Of a stretch of DNA of 64,000 nt, positions 26,757 through 36,590 are shown one piece after another. The notes under the pieces are model-generated. The model made no database searches, was not told where the DNA came from, and saw only the letters and a list, made by a program, of their open reading frames with translations. Positions within the stretch are counted from its first letter, which is position 1. Each line of letters opens with the position of its first letter. This DNA comes from an uncultured Rickettsiales bacterium. GTDB lineage: Bacteria > Pseudomonadota > Alphaproteobacteria > Rs-D84. The position numbers and the translations under genes are program-made. The stretch is taken from the NCBI GenBank assembly GCA_947176385.1, contig CAMWQN010000003.1:3230-67229 (forward strand), written 5' to 3'.

Positions 26757-29171
26757 ATGACAGATTTTTTTAACTATTTTGCCGGCAGTGGTTTTCCTTT
26801 GACGACTATCATTATGGTGATGGTGGTGATTTTTGTGTTTATTATCATGATGATGTATCTGCCGATGCTGACACGTAAATTGTTGCCACGTTTTGGGTAC
26901 GCACGTTATTCGCAATATCTGCCGTTCCAAACTGTCTATAATGATAACTCAATCGGGTTAACGAATGGCGCATTGATACGTGTATATCGTGTCCAGGGTG
27001 TCCAGACCAGTATGCAAAGCGATGAAACCAAGGCAAAATTCTTGGAACTGCGTGCACAATTATTTAATCAAATTCGTGACCCGAATGTCGTTTTACGGTT
27101 CTTTACCGTGCGTGATGCCGCGGATGAAAATACAAACTATGAATTTGACCAGCCTGTATTACAGAAAATTTATGACAAATGGAAATCCCAGGGGTTAAAG
27201 ATATTCTTGAACAACTATTATGTCGTATTGACTGTGAATGGCACAAATGCGCGTGATAAATTAAATCAATATGGGAACTATGTTGAGTCAATCTTGGCAG
27301 CATATAAACCATCTGTTCTGCGCAATGACAGCCCGGACAATATGGCGCGATTTTTTGGTCGGATTTTGTCACCGATAACCAAACCTGCGCCACGTGTATG
27401 TGATGCCAGTATCGCAGACGTTACAACTGTTGATGATGTTGTTTTCAGACGTGACGGTATTGTTCAATATATCGGTGGTGATCGCCAATCTTTCGCGGCG
27501 ATGGTGTCATTTAAAATATCACCGGACTATTTGGATGAAGAATTCTTTACATCAATATCAACCATTCAGACGGAAATGATTTGCATGAATGCATTTGGTA
27601 TCATGGGGGACGCGGATGTAGAGGTTGCAATGCGTCAACGCAAGACAACCGCCGATGGTGATGAAAATACTGCGGTTGAACAGTTATATGAAGCACAATC
27701 TGCGATGGATGAAAATATTTCCGGTAATCAGACACTGGTGAATTATTATCCGTTGTTTGCAATCTTTGCCCCCAGCGAACAAGAATTGCAAGAACATATC
27801 GATGAATTTAAAAAGATTGCGGCATCTTTTGGTGTATCCCCTATTGTTGAAACATATGCGTCCAAGGTTTCGTGGTTTGCGCAAATTCCAGGATTTGATG
27901 TTTTTCCACGCAGTTTTAAAATGCTGTCACGGACGGCTGCAATCAGTATTCCAATGGATACAACCCCACGTGGTGTGCCGAATTCAGACTGGGGTCCAGG
28001 ACCGCTGGTTATATTCCCGACCGCCCAGGGTACGCCATATCAATTCCAATTCCATGTGTCCCAGGCACCGGCAGCAGTGGCACATACGCTGACCATTGGA
28101 CCAACCGGTGGTGGTAAAACGACTTTGTTCAGTTTCTTGATTGCGCAGTCGCTGCGTCATCGTAAATTAAAAGCGTTCTTCTTTGACCGTAACAAGGGTG
28201 CAGAAATATTTACACTGGCGGTTGGCGGTAAATATGTAACCATGCATGGCAAGGATAAAAATACCGATGGTATTGATTTTCAAACACGCTTGAATCCATT
28301 GAAAATGCCGGATACTGCTGAAAATCGTGCGTTCTTGCGTCGTTGGTTGTCAATTATATCAGACCAAAATGATACCCAATCGGCAGATGAAATTGCACGT
28401 GCAGTATCGGTTAATTTTGACTATTTACCAGACAAAGACAGATTGCTGAAAAACCTGTGGGAAAGTTGTTTTTCATCATCTGGCAATATGCGTCCCGCAT
28501 TGAAAAAGTGGATTGATCCACTGCAATATGGCGATATGTTTAATGAAACGTCCGATACTTTGGATTTGGGCGCACGATTGACGACATTCGATTTTACCGA
28601 AATTTTACAGGATAAAACACTGGCACCTGCGGTTATTTCATACATATTGCATCGTATTAACAATACGACAATTTCAGGTGGTAATCCGTCGTTAATTATG
28701 ATTGACGAAACCGCACCTATGTTGGAAAACAAAATGTTCCGTGATAACTTTATCGTCGGATTACAAGAAGGACGTAAAAATCGCCAGGCATACATGGCAG
28801 CGTTCCAACGTGCAAATGTTTTGGATAAACTGGGGATTGGCGATGTTGTACGTGGTCAGGCACAGACTGTTCTGTTTTTCCGTAATCCGGCAGCCGATGC
28901 GCGTGATTATGAACATTGGAATTTAAATCCGTTGGAAATGGCATTTATTCAGGGACGCGCATATCCAAACCTGAAACGTGCGGCATTATTGTCACGCCCG
29001 GTGACAGGTGAATCTGTGATTTTAAATACAGAACTGGGTGGACTGGGGAATTTGTTAAGATTGTTTGAATCTGGACGTTCATCGGTATTGTTGGCAGAAG
29101 AATTGTATAAGCAGTATGGAAATGCGTTCGTTTCTGAATATCTGAAAAAGCAGGGCGCAGGTACATTGTGA
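26757..29171 (+). CDS. virB4: Type IV secretion system ATPase VirB4
   Basis: 804 aa with Walker A GPTGGGKTT and Walker B LIMIDE. VirB4/CagE architecture with an N-terminal hydrophobic segment. Confidence 0.9.
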   Translation: MTDFFNYFAGSGFPLTTIIMVMVVIFVFIIMMMYLPMLTRKLLPRFGYARYSQYLPFQTVYNDNSIGLTNGALIRVYRVQGVQTSMQSDETKAKFLELRAQLFNQIRDPNVVLRFFTVRDAADENTNYEFDQPVLQKIYDKWKSQGLKIFLNNYYVVLTVNGTNARDKLNQYGNYVESILAAYKPSVLRNDSPDNMARFFGRILSPITKPAPRVCDASIADVTTVDDVVFRRDGIVQYIGGDRQSFAAMVSFKISPDYLDEEFFTSISTIQTEMICMNAFGIMGDADVEVAMRQRKTTADGDENTAVEQLYEAQSAMDENISGNQTLVNYYPLFAIFAPSEQELQEHIDEFKKIAASFGVSPIVETYASKVSWFAQIPGFDVFPRSFKMLSRTAAISIPMDTTPRGVPNSDWGPGPLVIFPTAQGTPYQFQFHVSQAPAAVAHTLTIGPTGGGKTTLFSFLIAQSLRHRKLKAFFFDRNKGAEIFTLAVGGKYVTMHGKDKNTDGIDFQTRLNPLKMPDTAENRAFLRRWLSIISDQNDTQSADEIARAVSVNFDYLPDKDRLLKNLWESCFSSSGNMRPALKKWIDPLQYGDMFNETSDTLDLGARLTTFDFTEILQDKTLAPAVISYILHRINNTTISGGNPSLIMIDETAPMLENKMFRDNFIVGLQEGRKNRQAYMAAFQRANVLDKLGIGDVVRGQAQTVLFFRNPAADARDYEHWNLNPLEMAFIQGRAYPNLKRAALLSRPVTGESVILNTELGGLGNLLRLFESGRSSVLLAEELYKQYGNAFVSEYLKKQGAGTL

Positions 29172-29812
29172 TAAAATTTTTGTTTGGGATTTTTGTGGCG
29201 GTTTTGCCGATTTTATCTGCTGGGGCGTATAATGATTGCTTAAACTATAAAATAACCCCACGTATTGATATTGCGACATATGAATGGGAAAAAAGCGTAT
29301 CCCAGCCTGATGATTATATGAATGAACATGGACATGTTCAGACCAGTTTAATCCAAGAAAATGGCATAAATGTTAAATTGTTTTCTGTGATTGGTGGATG
29401 GTGTGTGGTTTTGGATTCTGTTGATACAAAAATCGGATATAAAAAATTTGATGTAAAGGTTGATAAAAAATATAAACCAAATTCTTGCTTCTATAATGCT
29501 GTATTGGCACACGAAGACAAACATATAAATGTTCATTTATCGGTATTGGAAAATCATAAAAAGGCATTGCATGATACTTTGTATGGTGCGGCAAATTCAA
29601 TAATGCCAATTTTTATTGAAGATATAGAAACAGTAGATAATGTAATTAACGACATCGGTCATCAATTAAATAAACATCCTGATGTTGTATTGATTTTGCA
29701 AAAAATGAATTCTGATTTGGACATACAAAATTCAAAAGTTGATTTAGATGAATCCGGTGCAGATATGAAAAAATGTCTGGATGAAGTATTGGACAAGAAA
29801 AAAACACAATAA
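29168..29812 (+). CDS. Secreted HExxH-motif protein, translationally coupled to virB4
   Basis: GTG start overlaps the virB4 TGA (GTGA). Signal peptide MIKFLFGIFVAVLPILSAGA. Single HEDKH (HExxH) motif. Possibly a DUF922-like zinc protease; that assignment is unverified. Confidence 0.45.
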   Translation: MIKFLFGIFVAVLPILSAGAYNDCLNYKITPRIDIATYEWEKSVSQPDDYMNEHGHVQTSLIQENGINVKLFSVIGGWCVVLDSVDTKIGYKKFDVKVDKKYKPNSCFYNAVLAHEDKHINVHLSVLENHKKALHDTLYGAANSIMPIFIEDIETVDNVINDIGHQLNKHPDVVLILQKMNSDLDIQNSKVDLDESGADMKKCLDEVLDKKKTQ

Positions 29813-29819
29813 TTGATAT

Positions 29820-31436
29820 TTAATCTTTATCTGAATTCAGATTATAAAAATATTCCATCAAATCATGGTCATAATCGCAAATGCGTCCATCTGGTAATAT
29901 TAACATACGTGTAATACCGATTTGTTCAACAAAGTCAGGATTATGGCTGACCGCAATAATTGTGCCATCAAAATCGCGAAAATTGTCCCCGATAATGCGT
30001 TGTGTATCTGGGTCCAGGTGATTTGTTGGTTCGTCCAGTATCAACATATTTGCACGTCGCAGTAACATTTTGCACAGTGCAACACGTGCCTGTTCACCGG
30101 GAGATAATACGGATATTTTTTTGAATACATCGGTATCATAAAACAAGAAATTTGCCAAAACGCTGCGTAATTGTAATTCTGTATAATCGTCCGTTGCTAC
30201 ATTTTCCAATATTGTTTTATTTTTATCCAGTAATTCTAATTCCTGGGCATAGTATGCAATATCAGTCTTTGGATTGATTGTTATTTCGCCACGTTCGGGT
30301 GGTAACATACCCATAATTAACTTTAATAATGTTGATTTACCTGTGCCATTTTCGCCAACAATTAAAAATCGTTCGCCACCCGTAATATAAAATGACAACT
30401 TGCGATATAACAATTTATTCCCCGGAAAACGAAACCACAGATCATCAACGGTTATCGGATGCCGCGCCCCCGGGGTGCGTGGGGTCAGGTTAATTTTTAC
30501 CTTTTTATATGTCTGTTCGCGCAATGTTCGATTTGCCAGTATCTTTTCCAATGTTTTGGCGCGCACATGACCGACACGTTTTATACTGTGGTTGGTTGGA
30601 CTGGCAGCATTGGCACGTGCAACAAAATCAGACAATGATTTTATCTGGCGTTCTTCGGCGGCGATTTTTACATTTCGGGCATGACGCAACGCTGCAGATT
30701 TGCGCATATAATCATCATAGTTTCCATCAAATACACTGATTTTGTGTGTTGTTTTATCAATGTATAATATTTTATTTACGATTTTATTTAAGAATTCTGT
30801 GTCATGACTGATTATCAAAACATTGCCACGATATTTACGCAAAAATTCTGTAATCCAGTCTTTGGTTTTGATATCCAAATGATTTGTTGGTTCGTCCAGT
30901 AATAAAATATCCGCCATTGAATATAACAGGCGTGCAAATGCAACCTTAGATTTTTGCCCGCCGGACAGATTCTGTAATTTCATATCCAGAATATCAGAAT
31001 CAATATCCATGTTGGATATGATTTCCAGTAATTGGTCTTCGGCATTATATACGTCATAGTATTCCAAGCGTTCTTGGGTCAGTGAAATTTCGTCTGCAAT
31101 ATTTTCATCATCAGGTGTAGTCGCCAGGCGATTATACAGGTCATTTAATTTTTCTTGTAATTTATCAATCGGGCGTCCCGACATCAGAAAATCCCAAACT
31201 GTTATGTCTGTATTGTCGAACTTTATCTGTTGTGGCAGGTATCCGATATTTGCATTATCGATATTTATTGTGCCTGCATCCGGCGATATTTCATTTGTAA
31301 TCAATCGAAACAGTGTTGTTTTTCCTGCGCCATTTACACCAACAATTCCACATTTATCACGCGGTCCGATATTGAATTCTGCGTCCTGATAAATTGGCGT
31401 TGTCCCAAAAGATAAATATAAATTACGTGCATACAT
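29820..31436 (-). CDS. ABC-F family ATPase (two ABC domains, no TM domain)
   Basis: 538 aa with two Walker A motifs (GVNGAGKTT, GENGTGKST) and two signature motifs (LSGGQ, LSPGEQ). EttA/Uup/YbiT-like architecture. Confidence 0.85.
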   Translation of the reverse strand: MYARNLYLSFGTTPIYQDAEFNIGPRDKCGIVGVNGAGKTTLFRLITNEISPDAGTINIDNANIGYLPQQIKFDNTDITVWDFLMSGRPIDKLQEKLNDLYNRLATTPDDENIADEISLTQERLEYYDVYNAEDQLLEIISNMDIDSDILDMKLQNLSGGQKSKVAFARLLYSMADILLLDEPTNHLDIKTKDWITEFLRKYRGNVLIISHDTEFLNKIVNKILYIDKTTHKISVFDGNYDDYMRKSAALRHARNVKIAAEERQIKSLSDFVARANAASPTNHSIKRVGHVRAKTLEKILANRTLREQTYKKVKINLTPRTPGARHPITVDDLWFRFPGNKLLYRKLSFYITGGERFLIVGENGTGKSTLLKLIMGMLPPERGEITINPKTDIAYYAQELELLDKNKTILENVATDDYTELQLRSVLANFLFYDTDVFKKISVLSPGEQARVALCKMLLRRANMLILDEPTNHLDPDTQRIIGDNFRDFDGTIIAVSHNPDFVEQIGITRMLILPDGRICDYDHDLMEYFYNLNSDKD

Positions 31437-31445
31437 AATATATGT

Positions 31446-31473
31446 ATTCTAGGGATTTTTTGTTATGTTGCAA
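31446..31473 (-). promoter_or_regulatory. Putative promoter of the ABC-F gene, placed so that the mRNA would be nearly leaderless
   Basis: Minus strand has TTGCAA (31473-31468), a 16-nt spacer and TAGAAT (31451-31446), then only 9 nt before the ATG. No SD sequence. Confidence 0.35.
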
Positions 31474-31479
31474 GACTGA

Positions 31480-32658
31480 TTATTTAGAATGTCCGCACAG
31501 GTAATTATTTAATCGGTTAAATTTAGCAGTAGTATATGGACGAATTAAATCCAATCCATACTTATTCATTAACTGACAAATTAAATCGGGGTATGTGTAT
31601 ATTTCTGAACCATCAATGTCTGGTGTTAATACGCGAAAGTTCCCAGTGCGCAGACGGTCAGAATCATCCAGATATAAATGCATACTGCGCCAGAATGATT
31701 TCAGTTCATCAGATGATATATTGTATGGAAATTTTAATGCATGCTGGATTTTTGTACCAATGATATCAGACATTTCTTTTTTCTGTGATTTAGCATTAAT
31801 CGCATTCATTACACGTGTTTTAAACAATTCTATATCCATGCAGGGTTCGACATTGTATTCCATGGCATACATGTATATATCCTTGGGTCCGGATATATAT
31901 AATTTTGGCATTGTACGATCAATTTTTTGCAGTGATTGAATATATGTCTTGTGTATTGTGTGCGTGTTATCAAATTTTTCAGATAATAATACATAGTACT
32001 GAAATGTATTGAACAAATCGATATAGCACCATAATTGACATCCGGTATTAAATAATATCATATTGTGATACAGGTCAAAAGGGGTATCCAGTTCAATATG
32101 TTCATCTACTGTGTTTAATGCGACAAATGGAAGCATTGGATATGTAAAATTTATACTGGTAATGCTTGATGCTGTTTTTTTTACATCCAAACCATGTGTT
32201 AATAAACTAAAATCAATTCCTGAATCCAAGGCATAATTAAATGCTATTTTTGCAATACCATTTTTAAATTCAGCATTTGATACCTGGAAATCATAAGAAA
32301 TGACTTTCAAGTCCAGTTTTGAAATATCGCATCGTAATTCACGTGCCAATGTCGGACAACCGACAACACGTCCTGCCTTGATAACTGCGGGGTATTGTTT
32401 ACCATTGTATTCGGTTGTGCCATTACATGCAGGCTGGGATTTTGTATTGTTTGTTTTTGAAAAGTTTTCAATCCGCGAAATAATCGGATTAAATACACGT
32501 GTAAATGGCGCATCAATATATTTGCTGACATAATTATTACATTCTGGGCAACAAATGTCAGTTGATTCATATAAACCACCCAGTGCGTTTTGAATAACGT
32601 GTTCACGACTGCGTGTGGTTATATGATTCCCGCAATATGCACAATTTTCCAATGCCAT
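31480..32658 (-). CDS. HNH endonuclease-domain protein with a ~300-aa uncharacterised C-terminal region
   Basis: N-terminus is CAYCGNHITTRSREHVIQNALGG...CCPECNN (a CxxC...H...N...CxxC HNH/His-Me finger, resembling the HNH_5 type). The remainder has no recognisable domain. Confidence 0.65.
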   Translation of the reverse strand: MALENCAYCGNHITTRSREHVIQNALGGLYESTDICCPECNNYVSKYIDAPFTRVFNPIISRIENFSKTNNTKSQPACNGTTEYNGKQYPAVIKAGRVVGCPTLARELRCDISKLDLKVISYDFQVSNAEFKNGIAKIAFNYALDSGIDFSLLTHGLDVKKTASSITSINFTYPMLPFVALNTVDEHIELDTPFDLYHNMILFNTGCQLWCYIDLFNTFQYYVLLSEKFDNTHTIHKTYIQSLQKIDRTMPKLYISGPKDIYMYAMEYNVEPCMDIELFKTRVMNAINAKSQKKEMSDIIGTKIQHALKFPYNISSDELKSFWRSMHLYLDDSDRLRTGNFRVLTPDIDGSEIYTYPDLICQLMNKYGLDLIRPYTTAKFNRLNNYLCGHSK

Positions 32659-32666
32659 GATATAAA

Positions 32667-33323
32667 TTACCGTTTCTTTTGTGGACGATTGTATAAATAT
32701 TTATTGTTAATCAAGTTATAATACCGTTTATTTTGCTGTGGTGTGCCATACGATTTTAATAACATACAGAAATCAGAATCAATTGGCAATTTGCCAGATA
32801 AAACTAATTCAATTTTGTATGAAACGAAACTGGCGAATTTATTTTTTAATTTTGTTGTATTAAAACTGCGTTCATTATCTATTGCGGCGCCCAGTAAACA
32901 CAGATTAGAACAAGACATCATCATCATTTTCTTTTTATTTTCCAATACGGCATATTTATTAGCACCATGTGCATTTGTATTTATTGGGGCTATACTTGCA
33001 GCCGCGTTCAGGCGTTTATATAGTTCTTCATTCATTACTTGGAATTTCTGAACAGCCAACGGAAATAATTTTTTAATAGGTTTGTATCCTGAATCCTGGG
33101 ATACAAATAAAATGCATTCCATTAAATCATAGTGTTCTGGCAATATGATGGCAATATCATTGATAAAGTCTTCTAAAAATTCTGCAGTCTGTTGTTCATG
33201 GATACGCATGCAACTGCCAAAGTAATTTTTAATACTGTATTTACGTGGGATATTTTGCTGCGATTGCAGGTATGATGATAATAATATGTAATTTGTATAA
33301 TACGGTGTTTTGTTATTTGTCAT
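32667..33323 (-). CDS. Hypothetical protein (218 aa), first gene of the orf218-HNH operon
   Basis: ORF ends 8 nt before the HNH gene start. AT-rich and preceded by a strong promoter. No recognisable domain. Confidence 0.45.
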   Translation of the reverse strand: MTNNKTPYYTNYILLSSYLQSQQNIPRKYSIKNYFGSCMRIHEQQTAEFLEDFINDIAIILPEHYDLMECILFVSQDSGYKPIKKLFPLAVQKFQVMNEELYKRLNAAASIAPINTNAHGANKYAVLENKKKMMMMSCSNLCLLGAAIDNERSFNTTKLKNKFASFVSYKIELVLSGKLPIDSDFCMLLKSYGTPQQNKRYYNLINNKYLYNRPQKKR

Positions 33324-33347
33324 GATATTACCTGTTTAAATTTTATT

Positions 33348-33388
33348 TATAACTAAACAGTTATATATCATATTATATAATTTGTCAA
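33348..33388 (-). promoter_or_regulatory. Promoter with an overlapping palindromic operator for the orf218-HNH operon
   Basis: Minus strand has TTGACA (33388-33383), a 17-nt spacer and TATAAC (33365-33360). The 7-4-7 palindrome TATAACT-N4-AGTTATA (33348-33365) overlaps the -10. Confidence 0.5.
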
Positions 33389-33394
33389 TTATAA

Positions 33395-33916
33395 CTATTT
33401 GTCAATATTGTATGAAGTATTATTGGGTCTGTACACCAGGTGCATATATTCTGTATCTTCGTAAAATCCGCTGTTTATATACATTTTAGATGATATGGTG
33501 TTTGTACGGCGTGCTTTTACCCTGAGTTCGGTGACAGTTAAGTGTTCTTGAAGATATGATATCAGTTTTTTTGCAATGCCTTGATTTCGATATTCTGAAT
33601 CTACAAACATGCATTTCAGTGTAATTCGGTCAGCGGGGCGCAGTGTTGAATGCTCGATACAATAATGCAAAAATCCGACAATTTTACCATCCTGTGATGC
33701 AACCAGAATACGATTGTCTTTGTTTGAAAATTCATACTTTAAATATCTTTTAACATCTGAAAATGATGGATTGATATTTGCACTTTGACGATATCTGATA
33801 TAAATCGGACATAGGTCACGGATTTTGTTCTTTTTAATATGCGTGATGTTCAAATTACCAGATTTGATCGTGTCAGATGATTTATGAAAAAAATATCTTT
33901 TGATAAGATTATTCAT
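33395..33916 (-). CDS. GNAT-family N-acetyltransferase
   Basis: 173 aa with acetyl-CoA motif A (VDSEYRNQGIAKKLI) and a typical GNAT beta4-alpha3 region. Confidence 0.75.
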   Translation of the reverse strand: MNNLIKRYFFHKSSDTIKSGNLNITHIKKNKIRDLCPIYIRYRQSANINPSFSDVKRYLKYEFSNKDNRILVASQDGKIVGFLHYCIEHSTLRPADRITLKCMFVDSEYRNQGIAKKLISYLQEHLTVTELRVKARRTNTISSKMYINSGFYEDTEYMHLVYRPNNTSYNIDK

Positions 33917-33928
33917 AGCTATATATGA

Positions 33929-34489
33929 TTACCGTTGCAAGATTCCGGTTTTTATCAATGCAGTTTTCAAATCACTGTAATATTGAACATGGGGGCGCAA
34001 ATGATGGTTATATAGCGTGTTTTGATTGCTAATCATTGCAATATTTACCCCATGGTGCAGACAGTCTGCAACAACATTTGGTGAATCATCAAAATGCAAA
34101 TCTGGGTTGATGGATTTTAATACTTCAACCTTAGGTTTTGGGTTATCATATACCTGGTCAAATCTGCAATTTATGCCGGCATTACGCAGTTGCGCAAAAG
34201 ACTTTTCCGGTTGATGTAATCTGCGCTGGGTGACAAAATATACCTGATATTTATCGTTTTGCAGCAGATTGTTCAGAATTATCGGATATTCTGCGGAAAT
34301 AATCGGCATTTGATATAAGATATCACTTTTAAATAATTCGATTAACCGTTCGGCTACATTTGCTGGATAACATTCTTTTACAGACCAATACAGTGGCTTT
34401 TTATATTTTACACCAAATTCTTGGTTTGCTTGAATATATAATGGTTCTATGTCAAAAATAACACTGTCCAGGTCAAAAGAAATCCGCAT
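33929..34489 (-). CDS. HAD-superfamily 5'(3')-deoxyribonucleotidase-like protein (NT5C type)
   Basis: 186 aa with an N-terminal DxDxV nucleophile motif (FDLDSVIFD) and a C-terminal HFDDSP acidic motif. Confidence 0.5.
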   Translation of the reverse strand: MRISFDLDSVIFDIEPLYIQANQEFGVKYKKPLYWSVKECYPANVAERLIELFKSDILYQMPIISAEYPIILNNLLQNDKYQVYFVTQRRLHQPEKSFAQLRNAGINCRFDQVYDNPKPKVEVLKSINPDLHFDDSPNVVADCLHHGVNIAMISNQNTLYNHHLRPHVQYYSDLKTALIKTGILQR

Positions 34490-34571
34490 ATATTAGTCCT
34501 TTTATTATCGTGTACAGAATTTACCATAATAAACCCAAATAGCCAGAAAAAATGTAATCGGGTTCAATTTT

Positions 34572-34598
34572 TAATAAAACCCTGCACAAGGCAGGGTT
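34572..34598 (-). terminator. Intrinsic terminator downstream of tRNA-Met
   Basis: Minus strand reads CCCTGC-CTTGT-GCAGGG followed by TTTTATTAAAAATT. Confidence 0.7.
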
Positions 34599-34604
34599 GA
34601 ATCT

Positions 34605-34681
<77 letters not shown>

Positions 34682-34701
34682 TTCACGTAATACGGCGTTT
34701 A

Positions 34702-34730
34702 TTATTACAGCATTTTTTCACATATGTCAA
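34702..34730 (-). promoter_or_regulatory. Putative tRNA-Met promoter
   Basis: Minus strand has TTGACA (34730-34725), a 17-nt spacer and TAATAA (34707-34702), about 20 nt upstream of the tRNA 5' end. Confidence 0.4.
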
Positions 34731-34870
34731 GATTTTTATGTCTTTATTATCCAAAAATCCCAGATTTATGGGTTTTTGAATGCTAAATATGATTGCTTTC
34801 CTATGTCCTGTCTTGAATTATATTTTTTTTGTTGCTATCATCGGGTCATCATAAAAAGGTTATTGCTATT

Positions 34871-35680
34871 ATGAGTACAGAAAAAAAGAGTTTGTTTCGA
34901 CGCCTGTGGAAGGGTTTTTGGGAACCTGTATTGCACTTATCTGTTATGCAATGGTTGGTTGCAGGGTTTATGGCGGCGTGCATTTGGATGGTGTATTTAA
35001 CCAGTTGGGTAAAGTTTACAAATATTGAAGTCTTTAAAAAGTACAAGAAAAAGCCCGCAATTTATGTGTTCTGGCATGGGCGCAGTATGATGTTATCGCC
35101 GATTGTGTGTGTGCGTGGAATGCGTTCGTATGCGGTTGCCAGCCGTCATCAAGATGGTCGTATGATGGCAAAATTGCAGCGATTGTTCGGGTTAAAGTCT
35201 ATTTATGGCAGCACATCCGAAGGGGGATTGTCCGTCTTGCGCCAGGGGGTACGCGTGTTGCGTGGCGGTAAATATTCAATGTGTCTGTCGCCGGATGGTC
35301 CTGGTGGTCCGTCACTGCGCGTCCAAGATGGGGCACTGTATTTTGCAAAAATGACCGGTGCACCGATTATTCCGGTTTGTTTTTCTGCATCAAATGGATG
35401 GTTGCAAAATCGCTGGGACAGGTATTTGGTCGCATTACCTTTTTCTAAAATTACATGTAAAGTAGGTGAGCCTATATTTATCGATTCTAAAATCAGTGCG
35501 GATGAATTTGAAAAGAAACGCCATGACTTGGAAGATTTTATGGTACGCCAGGTACGTGAAATGGATGCGGAATTTGGGCTGCCACCGGTGGAACAAGATT
35601 TAACAGCCGCTGAATATAAACAAAAACTGCGTGATGCACGCGCAGCAAAACGCGCAGCACGTCGGTCTAAGCGAGGTTAA
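34871..35680 (+). CDS. DUF374-domain lysophospholipid-acyltransferase-like protein (lipid A/Kdo-associated)
   Basis: About 269 aa from ATG 34871, with an N-terminal TM helix and the motifs FWHGRSMM and DGPGGP typical of the DUF374 family. Sits upstream of lpxK, as in many proteobacteria. Confidence 0.7.
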   Translation: MSTEKKSLFRRLWKGFWEPVLHLSVMQWLVAGFMAACIWMVYLTSWVKFTNIEVFKKYKKKPAIYVFWHGRSMMLSPIVCVRGMRSYAVASRHQDGRMMAKLQRLFGLKSIYGSTSEGGLSVLRQGVRVLRGGKYSMCLSPDGPGGPSLRVQDGALYFAKMTGAPIIPVCFSASNGWLQNRWDRYLVALPFSKITCKVGEPIFIDSKISADEFEKKRHDLEDFMVRQVREMDAEFGLPPVEQDLTAAEYKQKLRDARAAKRAARRSKRG

Positions 35681-35684
35681 TAAC

Positions 35685-36590
35685 ATGAAAACACCATGGT
35701 GGTTTTTGCGCAAAACACCGATTGCATTTTTATTATATCCGATTGCTTGGATATATTATGGGGTGGGGCGCATTGTATATATGTTTCGCAAAATGCGTGC
35801 GTATCAGTCACGTCGCCCAATAATATGTGTTGGTAATATTTTGGCAGGTGGTGTTGGCAAGACGCCAATTGTGCGACAAATTGCTACATTTTTATCTGCA
35901 CCGGTTGTAATGCGTGGGTACAAGAAAACTGCGCAAACAAATGGCGCTGGGGACGAGGCATTAATGCTGTCACGCGATGGGTTACAGGTTCATACCGGGG
36001 ACCGCAAAAGTAATATCGTTTTATTGAACAAACAAACTGGGGAATCGGGTCCAATTGTTATGGATGATGGATTTCAAAACCCATCAATTAAAAAAGATGT
36101 TTCAATATTGGTGTTTGATGAAGGCTTAGGATTCGGTAATGGTTTTTTATTGCCAGCCGGTCCACTGCGTGAACCAAAGCGTGGTGCGGTGCGTGCAGAT
36201 GCAATAATTGTTATTCGTAATAGCAAACCGCGAAAAAAGTTCAAATTGCCAGATAATATACCGACATTTTATGCGACAAATAAAACCATATCGCCATATA
36301 AGCATGGTCAAAAATTATTTGCTTTTGCGGGAATTGGTTATCCCAAGAAATTCTTTGCTGCACTGGATAATGTTGTTGGGCGCAAAGCGTTCCCAGATCA
36401 TTATCAATATACAGATGCAGATATTGATGCGCTGCGTAATTTGGCACGGCGTCGCGGGGCAAAACTGATTACAACAGAAAAAGACTGGGTGCGGTTGCCG
36501 GAAAATGTGCGTGATGAAATTGCGTTTGCGTCGCTGGAAACAACGATTGATTCTGAATTTTATACTTGGTTAAAAGGGGCGGTAAAATGA
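35685..36590 (+). CDS. lpxK: Tetraacyldisaccharide 4'-kinase
   Basis: Contains VGNILAGGVGKTP (P-loop) and GDEALML. ATG 35685 follows the upstream stop, and the 3' end overlaps lpxC (ATGA). Confidence 0.85.
   Translation: MKTPWWFLRKTPIAFLLYPIAWIYYGVGRIVYMFRKMRAYQSRRPIICVGNILAGGVGKTPIVRQIATFLSAPVVMRGYKKTAQTNGAGDEALMLSRDGLQVHTGDRKSNIVLLNKQTGESGPIVMDDGFQNPSIKKDVSILVFDEGLGFGNGFLLPAGPLREPKRGAVRADAIIVIRNSKPRKKFKLPDNIPTFYATNKTISPYKHGQKLFAFAGIGYPKKFFAALDNVVGRKAFPDHYQYTDADIDALRNLARRRGAKLITTEKDWVRLPENVRDEIAFASLETTIDSEFYTWLKGAVK

Noticed and set aside
26712-26930. His-rich 72-aa minus-strand ORF overlapping the virB3/virB4 junction.
   Set aside because: It is antisense to the hydrophobic N-terminus of VirB4. 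The His run is the reverse-complement artefact of an ATG/ATC-rich (Met/Ile/Val) coding stretch.
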